Source: Longimicrobiales bacterium
GTDB taxonomy: Bacteria > Gemmatimonadota > Gemmatimonadetes > Longimicrobiales > Gaopeijiaceae
Length of the DNA stretch: 64,000 nt
Assembly: GCA_963666095.2 (NCBI GenBank)
Contig: OY762557.1
Span: 333,567-397,566 of the forward strand
Reading direction: 5' to 3'
This document shows, piece by piece, positions 52,747 through 60,983 of the stretch. Numbering within the stretch: the first letter of the stretch is position 1; every line of letters starts with the position of its first letter. The notes beneath the pieces were generated by a model. It was given only the letters and a program-made list of their open reading frames with translations. It did no database searches and was not told the origin of the DNA. A program made the translations under genes and the position numbers.

Positions 52747-53415
52747 TCAGGCCGACGCCCGCTTCGCGGACTGGTCCAGGAAGAGGTGCTCCTCCAGGAA
52801 GCGAAGGCGCACATCCAACTGGCGGAACCCCTCGTTCATCTCGGTCTTCATACCGGCAACGCTGGTCCGCGTCTCGGCCCGAAACTCCGCCATGTCCTCC
52901 CGGAACTCCCCGCGAAGTGCGACCAACTCGCCCTTGAACTCCGTGCGCAATCCGGCGATTTCGCCGCGAAGGACTGTGAATTCCGCGCCGAAGTCCCCGC
53001 GCAAAGACGCGATTTCGTCCCGAAGCCCTGCGATTTCGGTCCGCATCTCCTCGCGGAGACCCCCGATCTCGGTTCGCACCGCGGCGATTTCGGTCCGCAT
53101 CTCCTCCCGAAGACCTCCGATTTCGGTCCGCATCTCCTCCCGAAGACCTCCGATCTCGGTCCGCATCTGCTCGCGGAGACCCCCGATCTCGGTTCGCACC
53201 GCGGCGATCTCGGTCCGCATCTCCTCGCGGAGACCACCGATCTCGGTCCGCACCGCGGCGATCTCGGTCCGCATCTCCTCGCGGAGACCTGCAAGGTCAT
53301 TCCGGGTGTCCGCCCGCAACGTTCGCATCTCCCGACGCAGCACGCTGCTCATCCGCCAGTGGAGCCCCGCCAAGGCCACCCCGACTCCCAGGATCGCGAT
53401 GAGCTCCGCGCTCAC
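52747..53415 (-). CDS. membrane-anchored coiled-coil protein built from 11- and 7-residue repeats
   Basis: ORF 52747..53550, trimmed to GTG 53415 ((M)SAELIAILGVGVALAGLHW). The body is EMRTEIAAVRTEIGGLRE / EMRTEIGGLRE modules. A different start is possible. Confidence 0.65.
   Translation of the reverse strand: MSAELIAILGVGVALAGLHWRMSSVLRREMRTLRADTRNDLAGLREEMRTEIAAVRTEIGGLREEMRTEIAAVRTEIGGLREQMRTEIGGLREEMRTEIGGLREEMRTEIAAVRTEIGGLREEMRTEIAGLRDEIASLRGDFGAEFTVLRGEIAGLRTEFKGELVALRGEFREDMAEFRAETRTSVAGMKTEMNEGFRQLDVRLRFLEEHLFLDQSAKRASA
52900..53310 (-). repeat. in-frame tandem coding repeats (33-nt and 21-nt modules)
   Basis: On the plus strand, gatttcggtccgcatctcctc(c/g)c(g/g)a(a/g)gacc(t/c)cc alternates with gatctcggt(t/c)cgcaccgcggc across roughly 53040-53290. 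More diverged copies flank this core. Confidence 0.8.
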
Positions 53416-53653
53416 AGGAGTGCCACCCTCAACCGATGGTCGTGCCTTTCCGCCCGCATCTTCCTCCACTCCTACCTGTGGCCCTGGCGCTCCTACGCGC
53501 GTCCAGGGCCGGTTTGCCCCAAATCCGGGACCTGTCCCGGAGCCGAGCACTCAATAACGCCCCCAGGAACGGGCGCTCAAATGTCGATTCCGGCCAAACT
53601 GCGGCGTGGGACCCAGCAGCGTTGCAGACCGGCTCCAATCTAACCGGCTTGTC

Positions 53654-55345
53654 TCACCAACCACCAGAGCCGTGCCTCTCGGTGAGGACCGGCGCCACCC
53701 GGGCCATCGTCGCCTGTTCCAGATCGTACGCCCAGGCGAGCAGATCCGCGTCGCTCCACAGGTCGCCGATGAAGGCGAGCACGAAAGGGGTGCCGTCGGC
53801 GTAGTAGGCGAACGGCACCGTGACGGTCGGCAGGCCGATGTCGTTGATGATGTTGCTCGGCAGCTCGGCGTGGTTGTTGGGACGGTATTCGGGGCGCTCG
53901 GGATCCTCGACGAGGGGCCGGATGGGTTCGCCCGCCTGCGGAAAGAAGAGTCCGTCGAGTTCGTGGGCAGCGAGGACCTCGCGGAAGAGGGCGCGCATCT
54001 CCATGCGCCATGCCTGGAACGCGTCGCCCTCCTCGGTTGCCGTGGGCGCCGCCGGGTTCCGGGGACCACGCCCGCCCCGAAACGCCCTCCCGGCCAGCTC
54101 CTCCCATTCCTCGATGGTGTGGAAGGCAGCGTCCGGACCGAGTCCCCGCAGGTAGACCAGCAGGTCGTGGGTCCCGACCGAACGCACCCCGGGGCGCTCC
54201 CCGTACAGCTCGACCCACCCGCGTCCGGCGAACGGATCCTCGACCACCTCGGCCCCCTCGGCCTCGACCGCCGCGATGGCGTCCGCGTACAGCGCCTCGG
54301 TCTCCGCCGCCAGCGGCAGGAAGGAATCGCGCCACCCCGGACCCACGAGCCCGAAGCGCCCGCCCTCGAGCGCGCCTGTGGCCAGCCCGGCGGCGTACCC
54401 CTCCTCCGGGATGCGTCCGGCGGCGGCGTAGGTGGCCAGGTCCTCGGGCGTGGGACCCGCGATGACGTCGAGGACCAGCGCCGCGTCGCGCACGGTGCGC
54501 GCCAGGGGGCCGACGACGTCCCGGTAGGTGGCGTCCATGGGGAGAACCCCCTCCAGCGGAACCAGCCCGAAGGTGGGCTTGACGCCCACCAAGGCCTGGG
54601 CGGCGGCCGGGTTCTGGATCGAACCGCCGGTTTCGGTGCCCAGGCCGAGGACCGCGAAGCTGGCGTTCACCGCCGTCGCCGTGCCGCCGCTCGATCCGCC
54701 CGGCACCCGGTCGACCGCATACGGGTTGAGGGTCTCGCCCGCGACCGAGCTGCGGGTGCGGGTGCCGTGCCCGGCGAAGTCCGGCATGTTGGTCTTCCCC
54801 AGGACGACCGCGCCGGCGGCCTTCAGGCGCTCCACGGCCGCCGCGTCGTCCCCGGGAACCATGTCGACGCCCCCGGCGACCGCGCTGAACCCGTCGAACC
54901 CCGCCGTGGTGACCAGGCCCGCGTAGTCGAGGTTGTCCTTGATCACGACCGGGACGCCGTGCAGGGGGCCGCGCGGACCCGACGCCCGGAGCTCCTCGTC
55001 GAGGGCGGCCGCCACGGCCAGCGCCTCGGGGTTCATCGAGATGAAGGCGTTGTAGCGGTCCTCGTAGCGGGCGATGCGGTCGAGGAAGGCCTGAACGAGC
55101 TCGGTGATCGTGTAGCGGCCGGCGAGGAGGTCGTCGTGGACCCGGGCGGCGGTGAGCTCGACGACGTCGATGGTGTCGGCGGGGAGCGCGCGCGCCGCGG
55201 GGAACGGCGACCGGGCCAGGACCGCCGTCGCGTCGGCGGGGCCAGGCAACGCCGCTTCAGCCGGCGCCGGGGCCAGGGCGGCCGCGACCAGGATCTGCCC
55301 GACCAGGCGGCGAGGCCGGGCCTTGGCGCGCTGCAAGTCAGGCAT
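53654..55345 (-). CDS. secreted amidase (amidase-signature family)
   Basis: ORF 53654..55345 has VVIKDNLD, GGSSGGTA and GTETGGSIQNPA, plus an N-terminal signal-like segment. Confidence 0.85.
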   Translation of the reverse strand: MPDLQRAKARPRRLVGQILVAAALAPAPAEAALPGPADATAVLARSPFPAARALPADTIDVVELTAARVHDDLLAGRYTITELVQAFLDRIARYEDRYNAFISMNPEALAVAAALDEELRASGPRGPLHGVPVVIKDNLDYAGLVTTAGFDGFSAVAGGVDMVPGDDAAAVERLKAAGAVVLGKTNMPDFAGHGTRTRSSVAGETLNPYAVDRVPGGSSGGTATAVNASFAVLGLGTETGGSIQNPAAAQALVGVKPTFGLVPLEGVLPMDATYRDVVGPLARTVRDAALVLDVIAGPTPEDLATYAAAGRIPEEGYAAGLATGALEGGRFGLVGPGWRDSFLPLAAETEALYADAIAAVEAEGAEVVEDPFAGRGWVELYGERPGVRSVGTHDLLVYLRGLGPDAAFHTIEEWEELAGRAFRGGRGPRNPAAPTATEEGDAFQAWRMEMRALFREVLAAHELDGLFFPQAGEPIRPLVEDPERPEYRPNNHAELPSNIINDIGLPTVTVPFAYYADGTPFVLAFIGDLWSDADLLAWAYDLEQATMARVAPVLTERHGSGGW

Positions 55346-55595
55346 CGGCTCGCATGTGCTGGCCGCGTCGTTTCGGCGGCATGGTGGTCACCTGCGGCGA
55401 ATCCCTCCCGCTCTTCGGTCAGGGGTCCGTGTGTCAAGGGGCGGCAGACACCCCCGAGAATACGGACGCCGGGGCTTCCGGGAAAGGAGCCGCGACATGG
55501 CCGCGCACGCCCTTGCTTCGGCGGCGCGGGCTCGCCAGGATCGAATCCGGGAAGCCATTGCCGACTGTCCCGCCCCCACACGCCGTCCTCATCCC

Positions 55596-56480
55596 ATGCT
55601 CCAGTCCACCGACACCCTGATCGCGCTGCTCGATCTGGAACCGATCGAGCGGAACATCTATCGCGGCCGGAACCGCGACATCGGCTCGGGACGGATCTTC
55701 GGCGGACAGGTGCTGGCCCAGGCGCTGGTCGCCGCCCGCCGCACGATCGACGACCCCGACCGCGACGCGCACTCGCTTCACGGCTACTTCATCCTGGAGG
55801 GCGACCTGGACATCCCGGTGGTGTACTTCGTCGACCGCACGCGCGACGGACGAAGCTTCACCACCCGCCGGGTCACGGCGATCCAGCACGGAAAGGCCAT
55901 CTTCACCCTGTCGGCGTCGTTTCACCGCACGGAGGAAGGCGTCTCCCACCAGAGCCCCATGCCCGACGTCCCGCCGCCGGAGGACCTGGCCTCGGAGCTC
56001 GACATGCTGCGCGAGCAGGCCCACCGGATCCCCGCGCACCGGCGGGCCATCCTGACCCAGGACCGCCCGCTCGACTCGCGGCCCGTGGAGCCCTTCACCT
56101 TTCTCGACCGCACCGCCCGCCCCCCCTTCCGCCACATCTGGGTGCGCAGCGCGGGGGCGCTCGACGACCACCCCGTCCACCACCAGGCCGCGCTGGCCTA
56201 CGCCTCGGACTACGGCATCCTCTCGACCGCGCTCCAGCCGCACGGACGCACCGTTCGAGACGAGGAAGTCATGGCCGCTTCGCTCGACCACTCCATGTGG
56301 TTCCACCGGCCCTTCCGCGCCGACGACTGGCTCCTCTACTCGATCGACAGTCCCGTCGCGCATGGCGCCCGGGGCTTCGGGAGGGGAACTTTCCATACCC
56401 GCGACGGACAGCTGGTCGCGTCGGCGGCCCAGGAGGGTCTGCTGCGCACCGGCATCAGACGCCGGTCCAGGCCCGGCTGA
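55596..56480 (+). CDS. tesB: acyl-CoA thioesterase II
   Basis: Tail of ORF 55152..56480 from ATG 55596 (MLQSTDTLIALLDLEPIERNIYRG...). It has a double hot-dog layout, with SLHGYF and ASLDHSMWFHR. Confidence 0.8.
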   Translation: MLQSTDTLIALLDLEPIERNIYRGRNRDIGSGRIFGGQVLAQALVAARRTIDDPDRDAHSLHGYFILEGDLDIPVVYFVDRTRDGRSFTTRRVTAIQHGKAIFTLSASFHRTEEGVSHQSPMPDVPPPEDLASELDMLREQAHRIPAHRRAILTQDRPLDSRPVEPFTFLDRTARPPFRHIWVRSAGALDDHPVHHQAALAYASDYGILSTALQPHGRTVRDEEVMAASLDHSMWFHRPFRADDWLLYSIDSPVAHGARGFGRGTFHTRDGQLVASAAQEGLLRTGIRRRSRPG

Positions 56481-56539
56481 CCGCCCGCCTCCGCCACCCC
56501 CGACCCGCACCCGCCCACAGGAGCGTCACCGCCCAGCCC

Positions 56540-57085
56540 ATGCGAAAGCGATTCGAGTCCGCCCTCCCCTTCCCCGCCTACCTGGAGACCGTCAGGAAGA
56601 ACGAGGCCCTCTGGCGTGGCGTCCACGAGCGCGTCCGGCTCCCCGACCACGTCGTGGACGAGGCCCGCGCGCTGCCCGGCGTCTGGCGTCTGCTCGCCCT
56701 GAGCGAGGACTGGTGCGGCGACGCCGTGAACATCCTGCCCGTGGTGGCGCGGTTCGCCGACGCGCTGCCGAACGTGGACCTCCGGGTCCTCTCCCGGGAC
56801 GAGAACCTGGACATCATGGACGCGCACCTGACCGGCGGCAGGAGCCGATCGATCCCCGTGGTCATCCTCTACGACGACGACTTCCGCGAACGCGGATGGT
56901 GGGGGCCCCGGCCCAGCCGGCTCCAGCGGTGGGTGATGGAGGAGGGGATGAAGATGGAGCCCGATCCGCGCTACGCCGAGACGCGCAGGTTCTACGCCCG
57001 GGACAAGGGCAAGGCGATCCTCGCCGAGGTGCTCGATCTTCTTCGCTCAGCCGCAAACGACCAGTCAGACCAGTCAGATCAGTGA
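56540..57085 (+). CDS. thioredoxin-fold protein (Thioredoxin_9-like, WCGD motif)
   Basis: Last 181 codons of ORF 53606..57085 from ATG 56540, with LSEDWCGDAVNILPVV. Confidence 0.7.
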   Translation: MRKRFESALPFPAYLETVRKNEALWRGVHERVRLPDHVVDEARALPGVWRLLALSEDWCGDAVNILPVVARFADALPNVDLRVLSRDENLDIMDAHLTGGRSRSIPVVILYDDDFRERGWWGPRPSRLQRWVMEEGMKMEPDPRYAETRRFYARDKGKAILAEVLDLLRSAANDQSDQSDQ

Positions 57086-57092
57086 GACAGCC

Positions 57093-58481
57093 ATGACAGA
57101 CCCGATCCGCCCCCGCATCCGTCGGGCCGCCCGCCTGTGGTTCGCGGCGCTGCTCGTCCTGACCGCCGCCCCCCTCCACGCCCAGACGCGCGACTACCGC
57201 CCCGAGCGCCCCTTCGGCACCCTGCGCGAACAGGCCCGCACGCAGCAGGCGTGGCTGAGGGAGCGGCTCGAGAGGAACCTGCCCATGCTGATGCGGAAGC
57301 ACGGCGTGGACATGTGGGTCGTCACCATGCGCGAGTACAACGAGGACCCCGTCTTCCGCGCCCTGGTGTCGCCGACCACCTTCGCCGCGCGGCGCCGCAC
57401 GATCTACATCTTCCACGATCGCGGTCCGCAGGACGGGGTCGAGCGGCTCGCGCTGGGCGGGTCCTCGCAGGGCGGCGTCTACGAGGCCGTGCGCGCCACC
57501 GTGCAGGCCCCCGACGGCCGCGCGGCGGAGCTCTGGGGCAAGGACCAGTGGAACCTGTTCGCGGACATGGTGCGCGAGCGCGACCCCGAGCGGATCGCGG
57601 TCAACATCTCCCACGACCACAACTTCGCGGACGGGCTGTCGGCGGGCGAGTGGGAACAGATGGAGGAGGCGCTGGGGCCGGAGCTGGCGGGGCGCGTGGT
57701 GCGTGAGCCGCTGCTCGCGATCGAGTACCTGGCCATGCGGGTGCCCGCCATGACCCCGGTCTACCGCAAGCTGCAGACGATCGTGCACGAGATCATCGCG
57801 ACGGCGTTCTCGGACGTGGTGATCGAGCCGGGCCGCACGACAACCGCCGACGTGGTGTGGTGGATGCGCCAGCGGGTGCACGACATGGGGCTGGGCTCGT
57901 GGTTCCAGCCGTCGGTGTCCGTGCAGCGGCGGGGCGCGTCCATGGCGGGAGTGGTCGCGCCGGTGATCGAGCGGGGCGACGTGCTGCACTGCGACTTCGG
58001 AATCGTGGCCCTGGGACTCGCCACCGACACGCAGCACATGGCCTACGTGCTGAGGGAGGGCGAGACGGAGGCGCCGGCCGGACTGCGCCGGGCGCTCGCC
58101 AACTCGAATCGGCTGCAGGACATCCTGCTGGAGGAGACGAAGGTGGGCCGCAGCGGAAACGAGATCCTGGCCATCGTGCTGGAGAGGATGAGGGCCGAGG
58201 GGCTGAACGGGACGATGTACACGCACCCCATCGGCGATCACGGTCACGGCGCCGGGCCGCTGATCGGCCTCTGGGACTACCAGACCGGCGTGCCGGGGCG
58301 GGGCGATCCCTTCGTGATCCCCAGCATGTGGTTCTCGACGGAACTGCAGGTCACGACTCCGGTGCCCGAGTGGGACGGCCAGCCGGTGCGCATGGCCCAG
58401 GAGGAGGAGGCCGAGATCACGGCGGACGGGGAGATCCGGTGGATGCTGAGGCGGCAGACGGAGCTGCACCTGGTGCGGTAG
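57093..58481 (+). CDS. secreted M24-family metallopeptidase (Xaa-Pro aminopeptidase-like)
   Basis: ORF 57093..58481 has the signal peptide LWFAALLVLTAAPLHAQ and metal-ligand regions HCDFG and HPIGDHGHG. Confidence 0.8.
   Translation: MTDPIRPRIRRAARLWFAALLVLTAAPLHAQTRDYRPERPFGTLREQARTQQAWLRERLERNLPMLMRKHGVDMWVVTMREYNEDPVFRALVSPTTFAARRRTIYIFHDRGPQDGVERLALGGSSQGGVYEAVRATVQAPDGRAAELWGKDQWNLFADMVRERDPERIAVNISHDHNFADGLSAGEWEQMEEALGPELAGRVVREPLLAIEYLAMRVPAMTPVYRKLQTIVHEIIATAFSDVVIEPGRTTTADVVWWMRQRVHDMGLGSWFQPSVSVQRRGASMAGVVAPVIERGDVLHCDFGIVALGLATDTQHMAYVLREGETEAPAGLRRALANSNRLQDILLEETKVGRSGNEILAIVLERMRAEGLNGTMYTHPIGDHGHGAGPLIGLWDYQTGVPGRGDPFVIPSMWFSTELQVTTPVPEWDGQPVRMAQEEEAEITADGEIRWMLRRQTELHLVR
58421..58473 (+). 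repeat. 53-bp direct repeat, left copy (inside the M24 gene 3' end)
   Basis: ggcggacggggagatccggtggatgctgaggcGgcagacggagctgcacctgg matches 61122-61174 at 52 of 53 positions. Confidence 0.9.
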
Positions 58482-58570
58482 CGGGAGGCCTGCGACGGGA
58501 ACCGGAAAGGTGATTCAGTCATAGTTCGGGGTTGTCGTAGGAGAAGTACTGCCAGGTCGGTGTCCGAGAG

Positions 58571-58599
58571 TTGACGGGTCGTGATCAGGACGCTATCGT
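58571..58599 (+). promoter_or_regulatory. candidate sigma70-like promoter TTGACG-N17-TATCGT
   Basis: TTGACG lies at 58571-58576 and TATCGT at 58594-58599. The predicted transcription start falls at about 58606, the first base of the 17-bp repeat array. Confidence 0.35.
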
Positions 58600-58606
58600 C
58601 CAACGA

Positions 58607-58657
58607 CCGCCTCCTGGGAGGAACCGCCTCCTGGGAGGAACCGCCTCCTGGGAGGAA
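58607..58657 (+). repeat. three perfect tandem 17-bp repeats (ccgcctcctgggaggaa), each with CCTCC..GGAGG
   Basis: The units lie at 58607-58623, 58624-58640 and 58641-58657. They end 14 nt before the real SD GGAGG (58672-58676) and ATG 58683. Confidence 0.9.
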
Positions 58658-58682
58658 TGAACTTCCACCCCGGAGGATCCAG

Positions 58683-59462
58683 ATGAACGATCACAAGACT
58701 GTCAGCCTCGGACGCATCCTCGCCTCCGCCGTGCTGTGCGTACTGGCCTTGGCCGTGGCCGTCGTCCCCGCAGACGAAACGCCCGCTCAGGTCTTCGCGG
58801 CCAGCGACCTCTCGCCGGCCAGCATGGAGGTCGCGACACCCGCGAGCCAGTTGATCGGAGCCAAGGCGGCAACCCCGGCCCGTCGGTTGCCGCCAACCCG
58901 GCCACTCGCGCCAGCGGGAATCATCGTCCGGCAGCCGACCGCCGGGCAGGTTGCCAGCGCCGGACAGGGCACCGTGGCCTCGGAGGGTGCCAGCGCAGGG
59001 TGCGGTTGGTGTTGGCATTTCAAGTCACTTCTCACGGGTACGTTTAGGCATGTTTTTCCCCGTGGCAATGACTCTTGCGGCTGGCCCCCGCCACCACCGT
59101 GGCATAGGTGCTCGCGTTGCGGGAGCGGATTGGGCTGCCACACGGTCGGGGATGATGGCTTCTGCCACATTCTATGCGGCCCCGCGGGCGGTGACCTTGC
59201 GCAGATCCTCGACGCGGCGCGGCGCGGCTTCGAAGCGCTTAGTGCGACCGTAGTTGCAGACGCTCTGTTGGCTGCGCCGGCCGGGATTCAAGTCGAGTAC
59301 GTCTCGGATGCCGGTCGCATTGACTTCATCCTTGAATGCGCACCTGGCGCGACCGCGGAGACCATCCCGGTCCCGCCCGGCGAGATGCGCGCCGCACTCG
59401 ATGCCGAACTCCGGATGCGGAAGGGCCCGCGACTTGTTGCCGCGCCCGCACCGCTTCCTTGA
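58683..59462 (+). CDS. hypothetical secreted or membrane-anchored Cys-rich protein
   Basis: ORF 58581..59462, trimmed to ATG 58683, which lies 6 nt after GGAGG. It has the signal/TM segment ILASAVLCVLALAVAVV and a Cys cluster: GCGWCWHF...DSCGW...HRCSRCGSGLGCH...GFCHILCGP. Confidence 0.65.
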   Translation: MNDHKTVSLGRILASAVLCVLALAVAVVPADETPAQVFAASDLSPASMEVATPASQLIGAKAATPARRLPPTRPLAPAGIIVRQPTAGQVASAGQGTVASEGASAGCGWCWHFKSLLTGTFRHVFPRGNDSCGWPPPPPWHRCSRCGSGLGCHTVGDDGFCHILCGPAGGDLAQILDAARRGFEALSATVVADALLAAPAGIQVEYVSDAGRIDFILECAPGATAETIPVPPGEMRAALDAELRMRKGPRLVAAPAPLP

Positions 59463-60910
59463 GGGACGACGCCGCGGGACCCGGCTTCCGTAGCAGCGGA
59501 TCGTCTCTGCCGGTCCCCTTCTCCGCCGGCGCGCTGCTTCTCGCCGTCCTGGCGGCCGCCGCCTGCGACCGTCCACCGTCCGAATCTAACCCGGCAGCCC
59601 CAAATGGTGCCGCCGATCCACCCTTCACTGTGCGGGACTCGGCGGGAGTCGAGATCGTCGTCAACAACGTTCCCGAGCATCCGCAGGGACAGTTCTGGAG
59701 CTTCGATCCGGAGCCCACGTTCGTTCTGGGAGGGGCCCGGACGAGTCTCGTTGCGGACGACCTCCGCGACACCGGTTCCGAAGACCGCGCTCTAGGCACC
59801 GTCTGGGGAGTAGTCGGCCTTGCCCGGCTGGTGGACGGAAGAATCGCCGTCCTCTCTTCGGAGAACGGCCAGCTCTATCTCTTCGAACCCTCGGGAGAGC
59901 TGTCCAGGACAATCGGAGGGAGAGGACGCGGTCCCGGCGAGTTCTCCCGCCCGGTACATCTCCGGTACGCTCCTCCGGACACGCTGGTGGTGTGGGATCA
60001 GTGGTTCGGACCGGTCACGCGCTTCGACACGACCGGTGCGGTTCTGGAGCGGAGAACGATCGATCTCGGACTGGCCCTGGAACGACTGCCGAGCCAGGCG
60101 ACCTGGGAGGAGCTGACCCACCCCCTGCCTGACGGGTCGCTGATGGTGGAGGTCGATCTCCGCGATTCCGATCTTGAACGACCCGCCGACAACGAGATGA
60201 TCAGGCATCCGCCGGTGGAGTACGTGCGTCTGGACCATGCCCACGAGACCGGCTCCTTCGGGACGTGGAAGGGTCCGGAACGCTGGGCCGTGCCGGAGGA
60301 CGTGGGCCGTGCCGCGGCCAACGCAAGTCCTTTCGCCAACCACTTTCTGGCGGCCGAAGAACACCTTGTTCACACTGGCGGAGTGTCTTCGAGCATCGCC
60401 GCGGGAGGGCGTCCCGCACGGGTCTACCTCAGCCACGGAGACACGAACGAGATTCGTCAGTATTCCCTTGACGGAACGCTCGTTCGCGTGATCCGCCGCA
60501 CGACCCGTCCGATACCGGTGACCGCGAGCGCGCACCGGGCGCGGCTGAACGAAGGCGCCAGATTCATGGTTGCGGTGAACAACGGCTTCGATTGGATCCG
60601 ACCGTTTCTGCTGTCGATGCCCCGATCCGAGTCCTACCCCCCGGTCCACAGTCTCTTCGTGGATGCCGACGGCCGCCTGTGGGTCAGAGAGTGGTCCGAC
60701 AGCGAGACAGGAGTGCCCGACCGATGGAGCGTCTTCAGCCCCGAGGGAAGGTGGTTGGGCGTTCTCGACGGACTGCCGGCGAGTTCCACCGGGACGTCGG
60801 ACCTTGCGTTCATGTCGGACATCCGGATCGGAAGGGAGTTCCTCCTGGCCGTGAGACTCGACACTATGGGCGTCGAGCGGGTGGAGGGCTACAGGATTCG
60901 CCGCAATTGA
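59459..60910 (+). CDS. 6-bladed beta-propeller family lipoprotein (paralogue 4)
   Basis: ORF 59336..60910. TTG 59459 overlaps the upstream TGA (TTGA). It has the lipobox LLLAVLAAAAC, the motif GGRGRGPGEF, DADGRLWVREW and the C-terminus MGVERVEGYRIRRN. Confidence 0.7.
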   Translation: MRDDAAGPGFRSSGSSLPVPFSAGALLLAVLAAAACDRPPSESNPAAPNGAADPPFTVRDSAGVEIVVNNVPEHPQGQFWSFDPEPTFVLGGARTSLVADDLRDTGSEDRALGTVWGVVGLARLVDGRIAVLSSENGQLYLFEPSGELSRTIGGRGRGPGEFSRPVHLRYAPPDTLVVWDQWFGPVTRFDTTGAVLERRTIDLGLALERLPSQATWEELTHPLPDGSLMVEVDLRDSDLERPADNEMIRHPPVEYVRLDHAHETGSFGTWKGPERWAVPEDVGRAAANASPFANHFLAAEEHLVHTGGVSSSIAAGGRPARVYLSHGDTNEIRQYSLDGTLVRVIRRTTRPIPVTASAHRARLNEGARFMVAVNNGFDWIRPFLLSMPRSESYPPVHSLFVDADGRLWVREWSDSETGVPDRWSVFSPEGRWLGVLDGLPASSTGTSDLAFMSDIRIGREFLLAVRLDTMGVERVEGYRIRRN

Positions 60911-60983
60911 CTCTTGGCCCCGATGACCCCGCATCCCTGGGGCGGGAACGTGGATGATGCGGCCAGTGCGAGGAGACCTGCAG

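Noticed and set aside
52900-53310. The repeat block, considered as a CRISPR array.
   Set aside because: The units are contiguous with no spacers and come in 33- and 21-nt sizes. They are in frame inside a coherent coiled-coil ORF, and no cas genes are present.
53606-56539. The first ~978 codons of the 1159-aa ORF 53606..57085.
   Set aside because: This stretch is antisense or off-frame to the amidase and tesB genes and is R/P/G-rich. Only the last 181 codons (the thioredoxin-fold protein) are credible.
58581-58682. The 5' extension of the Cys-rich ORF from GTG 58581 through the 17-bp repeats.
   Set aside because: The repeat unit is not a multiple of three, so identical DNA gives shifting peptides. 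A strong SD with ATG at 58683 follows, and a promoter-like element would start the transcript inside this extension.
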